Made by a program: the position numbers and the translations under genes. This document shows positions 29,499 through 39,874 of a stretch of 64,000 bases of DNA, one piece after another; positions within the stretch are counted from its first letter, which is position 1; each line of letters starts with the position of its first letter. Source of the stretch: Dehalococcoidia bacterium (lineage in GTDB: Bacteria > Chloroflexota > Dehalococcoidia > Bin125); assembly GCA_963663895.2 (NCBI GenBank), contig CAXXRD010000002.1, forward strand, positions 288,001 through 352,000. Reading direction: 5' to 3'. The notes beneath the pieces were generated by a model. That model did no database searches and was not told the origin of the DNA. It worked only from the letters and a program-made list of their open reading frames with translations.

Positions 29499-30701
29499 AT
29501 GTCGCAGCGCCCGGCGCCCGAACTCGCCGCTCCCGCACGGATCCCTCTCTTCTACCAGCGCGGGTTCCGCAACGTGCTCACACAGGGGATCTACGTCGCC
29601 CTCACCGCGATCGTGCTCGCCTACGTCATCGCCTCGCTTGACCTGCGCGAGTTTGGCTTTGGATTCCTCGGCGAGCCGGCCGGGTTCAAGGTTGGCAACC
29701 AGTGGCTGGTCGACGTCGACGGCGTCACCAACTCGCGGATCACGATGTATCTGGTCGGCGTGTGGTCGACCCTGCGCGCCGTGCTGGTCGCCATTCTGCT
29801 GGCGACCCTGGTTGGCGTCGTGATCGGGGTTGCGCGGCTGTCCTCCAACTGGCTGGTGGCCCGAATGGCCATGCTGTTCGTCGAGATCTTTCGCAATACC
29901 CCGCTGCTGGTCCAGATCGTGATCTGGTACGCGATCCTGCTGGTCGGCGCACCGGTGATCCAGAACGTCCTCAATGTCGGTGACTTCCTCTTCCTCTCCA
30001 ACCGCGGCATCGCGATTCCGTGGCCGGTGCCGTCGGGCGGATTGTGGGGAACGCCTGACTGGTTCGTCGGCATCTGGGTGCTTGCTCTGATCGCCGTGGG
30101 CGCGGTGGCAATGCGCATTCGAGCCAAGCGGCAGGAGCACGAACGCGAGACCGGCCAAATCCTCTTCGCCAACCGCTGGGCGCTGGGCGTGTTCGCCGCT
30201 GGCGCCTTGATTTCGTTCCTGATCCTCGGCGTGCCCGTGAGTATCGATCGGCCAGTGATCGAAGGCACCTCCTATGCCGAGGGCATGCTTGTTCAGCCCG
30301 AATTCGCGGCACTCGTGCTGGGGTTGACGATGTACACCGGCGCATTCATCGCGGAGATCGTGCGCGGCAGCATTCAGGCGCTGCCCAAGGGTCAGACGGA
30401 AGCCGCGAACGCGGTCGGCCTGACCGGGTATCAGCGGCTGACGCTGGTGATCCTGCCACAGGCGCTGCGCCAGATGATTCCATCGGTGACCAACCAGTTT
30501 CTCAACGTGAACAAGAACTCGTCCCTGGCGTACGCCGTGCTGTTCGACGATCTGTTCCGGGTGGCGACGATCGTCCAGAACAAGGCCGGGCATGCGCTGG
30601 AGATGTTCTTCGTGATCATCATCACCTACATGCTGATCTCCTTCGCGATCTCGGCCGTGATGAACGTGCTCAACGCTCGCGTAACGGCGCATCGGATCTA
30701 G
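29499..30701 (+). CDS. aapQ: Amino-acid ABC permease (AapQ family)
   Basis: GVARLSSNWL, VEIFRNTPLLVQ, LSNRG, AFIAEIVRG, GQTEAA, PQALR, KNSSLA. Confidence 0.85.
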   Translation: MSQRPAPELAAPARIPLFYQRGFRNVLTQGIYVALTAIVLAYVIASLDLREFGFGFLGEPAGFKVGNQWLVDVDGVTNSRITMYLVGVWSTLRAVLVAILLATLVGVVIGVARLSSNWLVARMAMLFVEIFRNTPLLVQIVIWYAILLVGAPVIQNVLNVGDFLFLSNRGIAIPWPVPSGGLWGTPDWFVGIWVLALIAVGAVAMRIRAKRQEHERETGQILFANRWALGVFAAGALISFLILGVPVSIDRPVIEGTSYAEGMLVQPEFAALVLGLTMYTGAFIAEIVRGSIQALPKGQTEAANAVGLTGYQRLTLVILPQALRQMIPSVTNQFLNVNKNSSLAYAVLFDDLFRVATIVQNKAGHALEMFFVIIITYMLISFAISAVMNVLNARVTAHRI

Positions 30702-30713
30702 GGGGCGGCGCCT

Positions 30714-32084
30714 ATGACTCAGCAGTTGCCCGTCCCGCAACCACAGCGGATCGTGCTGCCGCCATATCGCCAGCGGGCGCGCCGTCCACGCGCCGTCCGC
30801 GCCCGTGAGTGGATCCACCGCAACCTGTTCCCGTCCACAGCGGGCACCGCGCTCACCATCGTCACCGTCACCTTCATCGCCGCGATCACGGTCGGCATCG
30901 TCTGGTTCGTCTTCTTCGACGCGAACTGGCGAGTCATCACGGACAACCGCTGGCTGCTCTTCGCCGGCAGCTTCCCTCACAACCAGGAATGGCGCTTGTG
31001 GGCTGCCATGGGGTTCGTTTTCGCCCTGATCGGCATGTCCTACGGCATGTGGTCCAGCCTCGGACGCAAAGACCACCTCTTCATCGTCCTGACCGGCATC
31101 GCCGTTGTTCTCTTCATGGGCCACGGCGGGGCCGCCTTCTGGTCCTCGCTCTGGTTCTTGCTCAGCATCGCCCTGCTCTTCCTGGGCTACGTCATCGCCC
31201 GCACCATCGGCCACGACCGCGCCCGCCAACGCTCGCTCTTGACCCGAGCCATCCTCCTGCGCTTCGCGTTCGACGACGCGTTCTCACTACGCGGCGGGTT
31301 CGACAAAACCGTCCCAATCCAGGCTCGTGCTCGCGCCGTCCGCGTAGCCGTCTTCCCCACCCGCACCGGCGCCAACCAGATCGTCGGCGGCCTCTTGATC
31401 CTCGCCCTCCCACTCGTGCTCGTCATCCTCATGGCCGGAGGCGGTGCAAGCACGCGCGAGTTAGACGGCTTCGTACTCAATCTCATCCTCGCTCCCGTCG
31501 GCATCGTCGGCGGCCTCGTCATCGCGATCCCGCTGGCAATTGGCCGCGCCTCCAAGCTGCGCGCGATCAAATGGACCTGCACCGCCTACATCGAGATCGT
31601 TCGTGGCGCCCCGCTGCTCGGCTGGCTCTTCGTCGCCCTCTTCATCCTCGACGACATCATCGGCGGTGACTTGATCATCCGCACCATGGTCGTACTCGCC
31701 GTCTTCACCGCCGCCTACATGGCCGAGTACATCCGCGGCGCCCTGCAAACACTCCCACAAGGCCAGTACGAGGCCGCCCAAGCCGTCGGACTAAGCCGCG
31801 CGCAGTCCCTGCGCATGATCATCATGCCGCAGGCGCTCCGAATCTCCATTCCGCCCATCGTGGGACAGGCGATTGCGATCTGGAAGGACACCACCCTGGT
31901 GACCGTCATCCTCCCCCTCCGCGAACTCAAGGGAAACGCCGACAGCGCCATCGCCCAATCCGAATTCATTCCCGACCGCATTGAGGCCTACCTCTTCGTC
32001 GCGGTCGCCTTCTGGATCGTCGCCTTCATAATGTCCCGCATCTCCCAGCGCATGGAGCGCGCCCAAGGCATCGGTGAACGCTGA
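30714..32084 (+). CDS. aapM: Amino-acid ABC permease (AapM family)
   Basis: NLF, YIEIVRGAPL, AYMAEYIRG, GQYEAA, PQALR, KDTTLV. Confidence 0.83.
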   Translation: MTQQLPVPQPQRIVLPPYRQRARRPRAVRAREWIHRNLFPSTAGTALTIVTVTFIAAITVGIVWFVFFDANWRVITDNRWLLFAGSFPHNQEWRLWAAMGFVFALIGMSYGMWSSLGRKDHLFIVLTGIAVVLFMGHGGAAFWSSLWFLLSIALLFLGYVIARTIGHDRARQRSLLTRAILLRFAFDDAFSLRGGFDKTVPIQARARAVRVAVFPTRTGANQIVGGLLILALPLVLVILMAGGGASTRELDGFVLNLILAPVGIVGGLVIAIPLAIGRASKLRAIKWTCTAYIEIVRGAPLLGWLFVALFILDDIIGGDLIIRTMVVLAVFTAAYMAEYIRGALQTLPQGQYEAAQAVGLSRAQSLRMIIMPQALRISIPPIVGQAIAIWKDTTLVTVILPLRELKGNADSAIAQSEFIPDRIEAYLFVAVAFWIVAFIMSRISQRMERAQGIGER

Positions 32085-32151
32085 CCTCCTCCTGCCACCG
32101 CCGACTGCGCGGTAGCATGCAACCGGCCCCGATCAACGCGAGGAACGCGAT

Positions 32152-32985
32152 ATGACCAGCGAAGACACCGCCAGCACCGAACCGGCGCCGCCGCAGAGCT
32201 CCACGGAGGCGCGTCTGGAAACCGGATCGATGGTGCCCGAGCGCCTCATCGGCCAGCCCGACATCATCACGGTCTCGCACGTCGACAAGTGGTTCGGCGA
32301 CTTCCAGGCGCTCGACGATGTCAGCCTCTCCGTCAAAGAGCATGAAATCGTCGTCATCCTCGGGCCATCGGGCTCGGGCAAGTCGACCTTCATCCGCTGC
32401 CTCAACCGCCTAGAGGAGCACGACGCCGGACGTATCGTGATCAACGGCATCGAACTGAACGAAGACGTGCGCAACCTCAACGCGATCCGCTCCGAAGTGG
32501 GGATGGTCTTTCAGCAGTTCAACCTCTTCCCGCATCTCTCCGTGCTGAGCAATATCACGCTCGGCCTGCGAAAGGTGCGCCGTATGCCCAGGCTTAATGC
32601 GGAGGCGCTGGCGATCCAGCTGCTCGAGCGGGTCGGCATCCCCGAGCAAGCGGAGAAGCATCCGGCCCAGCTCTCCGGCGGCCAGCAGCAGCGCGTCGCC
32701 ATCGCCCGTGCGCTGGCGATGCAGCCCAAGATCATGCTGTTCGACGAGCCGACTTCGGCGCTCGACCCAGAGATGATCAAGGAGGTGCTGGACGTGATGC
32801 AGGAGCTGGCCGAATCTGGGATGACGATGCTCGTGGTGACGCACGAGATGGGCTTCGCCCGCGAAGTCGCCGACCGGCTCTTCTTCTTCGACGAAGGCGC
32901 GCTGGTCGAAGAGGGCACGCCCGAACACTTCTTCACGAATCCGCGTGAAGAACGGACCAAGCTCTTCCTCTCCCAGATCCTCTAG
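32152..32985 (+). CDS. aapP: Amino-acid ABC ATP-binding protein (AapP/GlnQ family)
   Basis: [48 protein letters not shown]. Confidence 0.9.
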   Translation: MTSEDTASTEPAPPQSSTEARLETGSMVPERLIGQPDIITVSHVDKWFGDFQALDDVSLSVKEHEIVVILGPSGSGKSTFIRCLNRLEEHDAGRIVINGIELNEDVRNLNAIRSEVGMVFQQFNLFPHLSVLSNITLGLRKVRRMPRLNAEALAIQLLERVGIPEQAEKHPAQLSGGQQQRVAIARALAMQPKIMLFDEPTSALDPEMIKEVLDVMQELAESGMTMLVVTHEMGFAREVADRLFFFDEGALVEEGTPEHFFTNPREERTKLFLSQIL

Positions 32986-33066
32986 CAGGCGCGTTCGCGC
33001 CTGTAGTGGTCGGGTCTCCTACCATGGCTCCATGGATCGATTCCGCTCGCATCAGGCGGCATCCTC

Positions 33067-34002
33067 GTGATCCCGGTACCGCTGATTCGGACAGCAGCGC
33101 TCACCAAGCACTATCCGGGAGTCGTCGCGCTTGACGCCGTCGATCTGAGCGTCGAATCGGGGATCGTCGGACTCGTCGGCCCCAATGGCGCGGGCAAGAG
33201 CACTCTGATCAAGATCCTGCTGGGATTGCTGACGCCGACCAGCGGCGCCGCCACCGTCCTGGGATTCGACGCCGGGCGGGAGTCCTTGCGCGTGCGCGAG
33301 CTGGTCGGCTATGCGCCCGAGCACGAGTGTCTGCCCGCTGATCTCTCCGCTGTGGATTTCGTCGTGCACATGGCGCGGATGAGCGGCCTCCCCGCCGCGG
33401 TCGCACGGGAGCGGGGCGACGCCGCGCTGCGCTATGTGGGCCTGGCCGAGGAGCGCTATCGCCGCATGCACGGTTATTCCACCGGCATGAAGCAACGCGT
33501 CAAGCTGGCGCAGGCGCTGGTTCACGACCCCAAGCTGCTGCTGCTGGACGAGCCAGCGAACGGCTTGGACCCCGAGGGCCGCGAAGAGATGCTGGCGCTG
33601 ATCGAGCGCATCGGCCACGAGTTCGGCATCTCAATTGTTATGTCGTCTCACTTGCTAAGCGAGATCGAGCGAGTTTGCGACTCGCTGATCGTGATCGAGC
33701 AAGGGAAGCTCGTCCGGGCTGGGGAGATCGCCGACTTCACGGGCGTCACGCATCTGCTGGTGGTGGAGGTGGACGGGGCCGCCGCCCCGATCGCGCGCCG
33801 ACTGGCGACGGTTGACGTCAAGGCGAAGGCGGCAGGCCGCCTGCTGGAGGTCTCGGTCGATCCGGCGGAAGCAACCCTCGTCCACGACGCGATCGTCGCA
33901 GCGGTAGCGGAGGAGGGGTTGCCGCTGGTGCGCCTCGAGCAGGGCCGCCACACGCTGGCGGATCTGTTCAGTCCCGCAGAAGGAGGGGCACCGGCGGCAT
34001 GA
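33067..34002 (+). CDS. ABC-2-type ATP-binding protein
   Basis: GPNGAGKS, YSTGMKQR, LLLDEP, SSH. Confidence 0.9.
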   Translation: MIPVPLIRTAALTKHYPGVVALDAVDLSVESGIVGLVGPNGAGKSTLIKILLGLLTPTSGAATVLGFDAGRESLRVRELVGYAPEHECLPADLSAVDFVVHMARMSGLPAAVARERGDAALRYVGLAEERYRRMHGYSTGMKQRVKLAQALVHDPKLLLLDEPANGLDPEGREEMLALIERIGHEFGISIVMSSHLLSEIERVCDSLIVIEQGKLVRAGEIADFTGVTHLLVVEVDGAAAPIARRLATVDVKAKAAGRLLEVSVDPAEATLVHDAIVAAVAEEGLPLVRLEQGRHTLADLFSPAEGGAPAA

Positions 34003-34862
34003 CGGCGGGACCAGCACCTCGCGGCGCGATCTACGACCTGGGCTACGAAGGCTACGACGGGCCCCGGCGGGGACGGCGCTACGCCGTTTGGTCGCTGTAC
34101 GTGCTGAGCCTACGCAACGCCTTTGGGCTGGGCCGGGGAACGCTGCCCAAGTTCCTGGCCTTTGGGCTGGTAATCGTGGCGCTGATTCCGGCGCTGATCC
34201 AAGTGATCATCGCGGCCCTCGGCCCAGAGGAGGATTTCTCATTCGTGCGGCCGCACGAGTACTACGGCTTCATTCAGGCGATCATCCTCCTCTTCACAGC
34301 GGCACTGGCGTCGGATTTGGTGGGGAACGACCGGCGCTTTGGAACGCTCGTGCTGTACTTCTCAAGGCCCATCCGCTGGGCCGACTACGGCGCGGCGAAG
34401 CTGGCGGCGCTGGCCACCGGCCTGCTCGCGGTAACGCTGTTGCCGCAAACGGTGATGTTCCTCGGAAACTGGCTGGGCGCCGCCGACGCGTTGGAATGGG
34501 CGGGGGCCAACGCTGTGGATTTCGCACCGATCGTGGGCAGCGGACTCATGATCAGCATCACCTTCGCGGCCGTCGGACTGCTGACGGCAACCTACGCCGA
34601 GCGCCGCGCTTTCGCCATCATCAGCGTGCTGGCCCTCTTCCTCATCCCCTTCATCGTCGTGGAAGGGATCACCGAAATCAGTGACGACGCCAAATACGCG
34701 GCTTTTGCGAGCCCGGTCCATGTGATGCGTTCCTTCACCCTGGTGCTCTTCAACGAGGTCCCGACCATCGATCTTCCCGGGAGCGTGTTCATTCTCGCCG
34801 CCTTCGCCTATGCCGCAGCGGCAGCGGCATTGCTGCTCACGCGATTGCGGAGCAGCGTATGA
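33999..34862 (+). CDS. ABC-2-type permease
   Basis: IYDLGY, DRRFGTLVLYFSRP, about 6 TM segments; overlaps both neighbours. Confidence 0.82.
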   Translation: MTAGPAPRGAIYDLGYEGYDGPRRGRRYAVWSLYVLSLRNAFGLGRGTLPKFLAFGLVIVALIPALIQVIIAALGPEEDFSFVRPHEYYGFIQAIILLFTAALASDLVGNDRRFGTLVLYFSRPIRWADYGAAKLAALATGLLAVTLLPQTVMFLGNWLGAADALEWAGANAVDFAPIVGSGLMISITFAAVGLLTATYAERRAFAIISVLALFLIPFIVVEGITEISDDAKYAAFASPVHVMRSFTLVLFNEVPTIDLPGSVFILAAFAYAAAAAALLLTRLRSSV

Positions 34863-35785
34863 CGACTCCAGAAAATCCCACGGTCAGCCTGGATCATGTT
34901 TCCCGCTGGTACGGCAACGTCGTCGCCGTGAACGACATCTCGTTCGATTTCCGGCCGGGCGTCACGGGGCTGCTCGGGCCGAACGGGGCAGGGAAATCGA
35001 CCATTTTGCACCTGCTGGCCGGATTCCTGCGGCCCTCAGCGGGCGCGGTACGCGTGCTGGGACAGCCCGCTTGGGGCGATCCGCATCTCTTCCGCCGCGT
35101 GGGCTTGGTCCCGGAGAGCGAGGCAGTGTACGGGTTCCTCAGCGCCCGCGCATTCGCGGTGACCAGTGCGCGGCTGCAGGGCTTGCCGGATCCGGATGCC
35201 GCCGCCGCCCGCGCGATCGCTTGGGTTGGGTTGGAGGCGGACCAGGACCGGCCCATGAAGGGCTACTCGAAGGGGATGCGGCAGCGGGCGAAGATCGCGG
35301 CCGCCCTCGTGCACGATCCCCAGGTGCTCATTCTGGACGAGCCGTTCAACGGCACGGACCCACGGCAGCGGCTGCAACTCATGGCGCTGCTGCGCGAGAT
35401 GGCGGCGGAGGGGCGAACCATCATCTTCTCGTCGCACATCCTTGAGGAGGTCGAGCGTCTGGCCGACGAAGTGCTCGTGATTTTGGCGGGACAACTGGCA
35501 GCTTCAGGCGACTTCCAAGTGATCCGCCGCCTGATGACCGACCGGCCGCACTCTTTCTCCCTGCTCACAACAGACGATCGGCGGGTGGCGTCGTTGCTGA
35601 TCGAGCGGCCGGAGGTGCGGGCCGTGACCGTCGCCGAGGAAGGTCTCGAGGTTCACACCACCGACTATGCGGCCTTCACGGCCTGCGTCGCGCCGGTGAT
35701 TCGCGACGCGGGCGTTACGCTGCTGCGGTTGCGCCCCACGGATGAATCGTTGGAGAGCGTCTTCTCCTACTTGGTGCGCCGATGA
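34859..35785 (+). CDS. ABC-2-type ATP-binding protein
   Basis: GPNGAGKS, YSKGMRQR, LILDEP, SLESVF. Confidence 0.9.
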   Translation: MTTPENPTVSLDHVSRWYGNVVAVNDISFDFRPGVTGLLGPNGAGKSTILHLLAGFLRPSAGAVRVLGQPAWGDPHLFRRVGLVPESEAVYGFLSARAFAVTSARLQGLPDPDAAAARAIAWVGLEADQDRPMKGYSKGMRQRAKIAAALVHDPQVLILDEPFNGTDPRQRLQLMALLREMAAEGRTIIFSSHILEEVERLADEVLVILAGQLAASGDFQVIRRLMTDRPHSFSLLTTDDRRVASLLIERPEVRAVTVAEEGLEVHTTDYAAFTACVAPVIRDAGVTLLRLRPTDESLESVFSYLVRR

Positions 35786-36519
35786 CCCGCGCGCTCCTGA
35801 CGCTCACGGCGCGGCAGCTCTTGGGACGAAGGCGCAGCTTGTTCATCGTGTTGCTTGCGCTGATCCCCATCCTGGTAGCGGCCGTCTACCGCCTGGCCGG
35901 CGGTCAAACGGATCCGCTGCCGATCGAGTTCGCCGCGGGAATGCTCGACGCGCTGGTGATCGCGACCGTACTTCCCCTGACCGCGCTGGTGTTCGGCACG
36001 AGCGCCTTGGGTGCGGAGATCGAAGACGGAACGGCGGTCTACCTGCTCACCAAACCCGTCGCGCGGTGGCGGATCGTCCTCGTGAAGATCGCCGTGGCCG
36101 CAGGAGCCACGATCGCGCTGGTTTTGCCCCCGGCGGTGCTGGCGTCCGTAATCGTCCTCGGGGGAGACGAGGCAGCCCTGACGCCCGCTCTCGCGGGAGC
36201 AGTGGCGGTAGGCGCAGTGGTGTACTGCACGCTCTTCGTCGCGCTTAGCGTGCGGACGAGCCGCGCCCTGCTGATCGGCCTGGCCTACGTCCTTATCTGG
36301 GAAGGGATCGTGCCCAGCATCTTCGACGTGACCCGCTGGATCTCGGTGCGGCAGTACATGCTGGGAACCGCCGACCTGATCAGCGGGGCGCCCCGCGACG
36401 TGCTGGCCGCCGACATGGGAGGGGGAAGCGCGCTGATCGCTGCGGCCATCCTCACCGTGCTGGCGGTCTTCGCAGCCACCCGCCTGCTGCAGCGCTTCGA
36501 GATCGGCCAGCGTCTCTGA
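35782..36519 (+). CDS. ABC-2-type permease
   Basis: EIEDGTAVYLLTKPVARW, about 6 TM segments. Confidence 0.82.
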   Translation: MTRALLTLTARQLLGRRRSLFIVLLALIPILVAAVYRLAGGQTDPLPIEFAAGMLDALVIATVLPLTALVFGTSALGAEIEDGTAVYLLTKPVARWRIVLVKIAVAAGATIALVLPPAVLASVIVLGGDEAALTPALAGAVAVGAVVYCTLFVALSVRTSRALLIGLAYVLIWEGIVPSIFDVTRWISVRQYMLGTADLISGAPRDVLAADMGGGSALIAAAILTVLAVFAATRLLQRFEIGQRL

Positions 36520-36525
36520 GCGAAC

Positions 36526-38694
36526 CTACTCGCCCGCGCCGGCCTCGCCGAGGGGAAGGGGATCCATGAAGCGGCGCAGCACGTTGGTCGTCACGCGGGC
36601 GAGCGCGTTGTCATAGCTCCGGTGGGAGAGTGATCCGGTCCAGGTGATCGAACCGGTACTGAAGACGGCGCCGCCGTTGGGCGTTTCGAAATAGACCATG
36701 TCCGCGCGGACCTGCGTATCGTCGGGGGCGCGTCCGATGCCCTCGTCGGCCGCACGGAAGTAGTTGGGGCCATGGTCGAACGACGAAGCCAGGAGTAGCG
36801 CGTGCGGAGGCGACCCGAGCTCGGGCGCGAAACGGTCGATCTCGTATCCGGCCGCCCCGCCCAAGTTCAGCCCGAAATCGCCGATCGGATCGTCCGCGCC
36901 CACGCCCTCGAAGATGAAGGCAGCTCGCGGGTCGAAGCTGCCGGGAAGACGCCGGTAACCCGCCGCGCGCGTGAAGCCCACCCCGCCGAAACCCACGCCG
37001 ACGAGCTGTTGCGGCGGCCGGCCCCGCACCCGCCAGGTCCCACCCGTTTCCAGCGTCGTGCTGTGCTGGCGCTCGCCGGGCTCGGCCTTCGAGGTGGAGT
37101 GTCCGCCGAAGCGCCGGACCTCCATCAAGTGCGGGCGCCGGGAGTCGATGGAGGTCACCCAGTAGAGGCCGTTGCCGCCTAGGTACATGAAGCGGCCGCC
37201 GCCGCGAAGATAGCCGTCCAGCGCATCGAGCATCCGCTCCGTCCAGTACTCGTGATGCCCGGCGCTGATCACCGCTTGGTGCCCGGCGAGGGCCGCTTCT
37301 CCGAGATCGTGGAAGTCGTGATCGCTAATGACGGCGTACTCGACGCCGAGATGCTCCAGCCAATGGATCGTGTAGAGATCCGCCATCAGGCCGTGCGAGA
37401 ACTGCGGCTCCGGCTCGGTCCCAGGCTCGGGATCGGGCTCGGCACGGCCCTCGCCCGGATCGAAATAGGCGCAGGGATCGTACGAAGCCGAGGGGCGGCG
37501 CAGCGAGGCGTAGTAATTGCTGCTGCCGTCGTTGTGGACGCTGTAGAGCGAGAGGCCGTAGCGATGCCGCTCCGGCTCGCCCCAGTTCGAGTAGGCCAGC
37601 CAGGTGAGCGTCGGCACGATGAAGAGGACGGGAGCGCGCCGTTGGGAAGTGTCGCGGACGATCAGGGGCAGCGTCAGCTCCTCGGCGCCGGCGCGCAGCC
37701 GCGCGGCGTAGATGCCGCTGCGCGCGCCGGAGGGGACGGAGACGCGCAGCGACGGCTCCCAGCCCGCGTCGTCGATGTCGTCGTCGTGCAGGTGGACGGC
37801 ATCGTATTGGGAAGGGGCGCTGCTATAGACATCGAGCTCGGCGCCGCGCCAGCGCGGGCCGGGCACGCCGCGGCTGGGGGCGTTGTGGACGAGGCCGTGC
37901 CGCGCCCTCCCCGACCGATCGACCACGCGATCGGTGTCGATCTGCCGGCTCAGATCCCAGTCCCCGAGCACCTCCACCCCAGGCGGGTGGACATCCTTCG
38001 CTACTGCGAAGATGTCGAGGTCGTCCAGGGCCGCCGCAAGGAGCCGCGGGTGGGCGATCTTCCCGTTGAACGTCGCTTGCACCACGCCCTGGCGCAGCCG
38101 CGCCCCCATCAGCATGGGACCGGCGGCGGGGAAGATCCCCGCCGCCCCGACGCGCGCGCGCTCGACGATTGTGTCGTCGCACCCGCGCGGACCGGCCAGC
38201 AGCCCCAGCTCGCGCCGCGCCGCGTCGAAGGTAAACCCCACGAAGCACCAGCGCGCCGGCAGCAGCGGCGCGCCGTGTTGGAGCCAGCGGTCGACCCGGC
38301 CGGAATCCGTCACGGTCCCCGTCAGCCGGTAGTCGGCGTCGATCCGCAGCGCGAAAGCGAGGCCGGGCTCCTCGCCCCAGGTCAGGATCGGTTGGTCGCG
38401 CGGCGTCGGCGCGGTCGGGCAGATCCAGCAGGCGAAGGTGACGCTGGCGAGCGGCTCGCGGGGCGGGGGCAGCGTGAGAAACGAGCCGGGATGGATCTCC
38501 TGCAGGCGGCCCGGATAGGGCCCCGGAGCCGCCCAGTCCGTGGCCTCGTCCTGGTAGCCGGGCCCGGCCGGGTTGGGATCGCCGTGGAGCAGACGCACGA
38601 CCTCCAGTGAGAACTCGCGGGCGTCGGTGCTCACCATCAGGTCGACCGTGCGGCCGGGAGCAGCCGAGATGGGGTCTGCGTAGCCGCAAAGCAT
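36526..38694 (-). CDS. N,N-dimethylformamidase large-subunit family protein with LamG-like insert
   Basis: GYAD start, RLLHGDPNPAGPG, HLHDDD, SGIYAARL, TWLAYSN, GLSLY, GHHEYW, YLGGNGLYW, VRADMVYFE, GGAVFSTGSI. Confidence 0.85.
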   Translation of the reverse strand: MLCGYADPISAAPGRTVDLMVSTDAREFSLEVVRLLHGDPNPAGPGYQDEATDWAAPGPYPGRLQEIHPGSFLTLPPPREPLASVTFACWICPTAPTPRDQPILTWGEEPGLAFALRIDADYRLTGTVTDSGRVDRWLQHGAPLLPARWCFVGFTFDAARRELGLLAGPRGCDDTIVERARVGAAGIFPAAGPMLMGARLRQGVVQATFNGKIAHPRLLAAALDDLDIFAVAKDVHPPGVEVLGDWDLSRQIDTDRVVDRSGRARHGLVHNAPSRGVPGPRWRGAELDVYSSAPSQYDAVHLHDDDIDDAGWEPSLRVSVPSGARSGIYAARLRAGAEELTLPLIVRDTSQRRAPVLFIVPTLTWLAYSNWGEPERHRYGLSLYSVHNDGSSNYYASLRRPSASYDPCAYFDPGEGRAEPDPEPGTEPEPQFSHGLMADLYTIHWLEHLGVEYAVISDHDFHDLGEAALAGHQAVISAGHHEYWTERMLDALDGYLRGGGRFMYLGGNGLYWVTSIDSRRPHLMEVRRFGGHSTSKAEPGERQHSTTLETGGTWRVRGRPPQQLVGVGFGGVGFTRAAGYRRLPGSFDPRAAFIFEGVGADDPIGDFGLNLGGAAGYEIDRFAPELGSPPHALLLASSFDHGPNYFRAADEGIGRAPDDTQVRADMVYFETPNGGAVFSTGSITWTGSLSHRSYDNALARVTTNVLRRFMDPLPLGEAGAGE

Positions 38695-38740
38695 CTGGCT
38701 CCGCCCTCTCTACCAGATCCCCGAGGGAGCCTTCCGGATC

Positions 38741-39679
38741 CTAGTCGAACAGCTCAGAGGCGCGCAGCACGGCCGCCGGTTGATCCTTGATCGTGAGCAG
38801 CGTCGAGATCGTCAGCGTCACCCCCTGCGCTTGCCACGCCTCGACCTTGTCCCGGATCTGCGAGCGCGTCCCGAAGATGCCGATATCGTCCGCCATCCGC
38901 TCGGAGATGGCCGCCTCCACGCCGGCGTCGTCCCCCGCCTCTATCGCCGCCAGCGCGCGCGCGGCCTCGCTCTCGTAGCCGGCCTCGGCGAAGTAGCTGC
39001 GGAAATTGGCGAGGCGCATGTGCAAACCCAGGAAGCGGCGCATGAAGGCCAGGCCTTCGCTGCGATCGTCCGTGATCCAGGCGGGGGCGACGTTCCCCAC
39101 CGTGACGTGTTGCCGCCGCTCGGCCGGGATCGCCTCAAGGATCGCCGGCATGGAGGAGAGGGCCCAGTTGGCGCCCAAGGGCCCGTCGGCGATCTCGCAA
39201 GCGAGGCGGATCATGCGCGGGCGCACGGCCGCGATCAGGATGGGCGGGAGCGGCTGCCGGGAGGCCGAGGCGCGCAAGCGCTCCATGTAGCTGCGCATGT
39301 GCGCCAGGGGCCGCTCGGGCTGCACGCCGAAGCGCTGCAGGAACTCATCGACGCCCGAGCCCAGGCCCAGCGTGAAACGGCCGTTGCTGATCTCGTGGTT
39401 GAAGGAGGCGGCGGCTGCCACGTCGGCCGGGTGGCGCATGTAGGTGACGCTGATCCCCGTCCCGACGTGGATCGCGTGCGTCGCCTGCAGGATGGCGGTG
39501 CTGAGGCTCAGCGCGTCGTAGGCCTCGGTGACGTTCGAGATCCACTCCCCCTCCGGGAGGCCGTAGTCGTAGGGGCAGAGCAGATGGGGAAAGCCGCGCC
39601 GCTCCAGTTCGCGGGCGGCGATGATCGCGGCCTTGCGATGGCCCGGCTCCGCGGCGAGTATGATTCCCGGCTTCGACAT
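38741..39679 (-). CDS. LLM-class oxidoreductase
   Basis: Start MSKPG at 39679 after an AAGAGGG RBS; IHVGTGI, RHP, GRFTLGLG, PRMIRLACEIADG. Confidence 0.82.
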   Translation of the reverse strand: MSKPGIILAAEPGHRKAAIIAARELERRGFPHLLCPYDYGLPEGEWISNVTEAYDALSLSTAILQATHAIHVGTGISVTYMRHPADVAAAASFNHEISNGRFTLGLGSGVDEFLQRFGVQPERPLAHMRSYMERLRASASRQPLPPILIAAVRPRMIRLACEIADGPLGANWALSSMPAILEAIPAERRQHVTVGNVAPAWITDDRSEGLAFMRRFLGLHMRLANFRSYFAEAGYESEAARALAAIEAGDDAGVEAAISERMADDIGIFGTRSQIRDKVEAWQAQGVTLTISTLLTIKDQPAAVLRASELFD

Positions 39680-39874
39680 GTCGCCCTCTTTCACCGCCGG
39701 TCCAAGCGTCCTTGCCGGCGCTTCTTGGACAATGCCGTCGTGGACCGTGATGATACCGCGACGGCGGGGGCATCTCGCGACCCGATCGCAGCGAGCCCGC
39801 CCGCTCCAACCCCGCGTGGGGCCATCCACTAGAATCCTCGCCGAGTAGGGCGGGACAGCCGCGGAGGTTGGACG

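Noticed and set aside
29190-31229. 679-aa antisense ORF
   Set aside because: Mirror of aapQ/aapM expected from high-GC codon bias; no motifs. The same applies to other long shadow ORFs such as 58825..60675 and 50220..51836.
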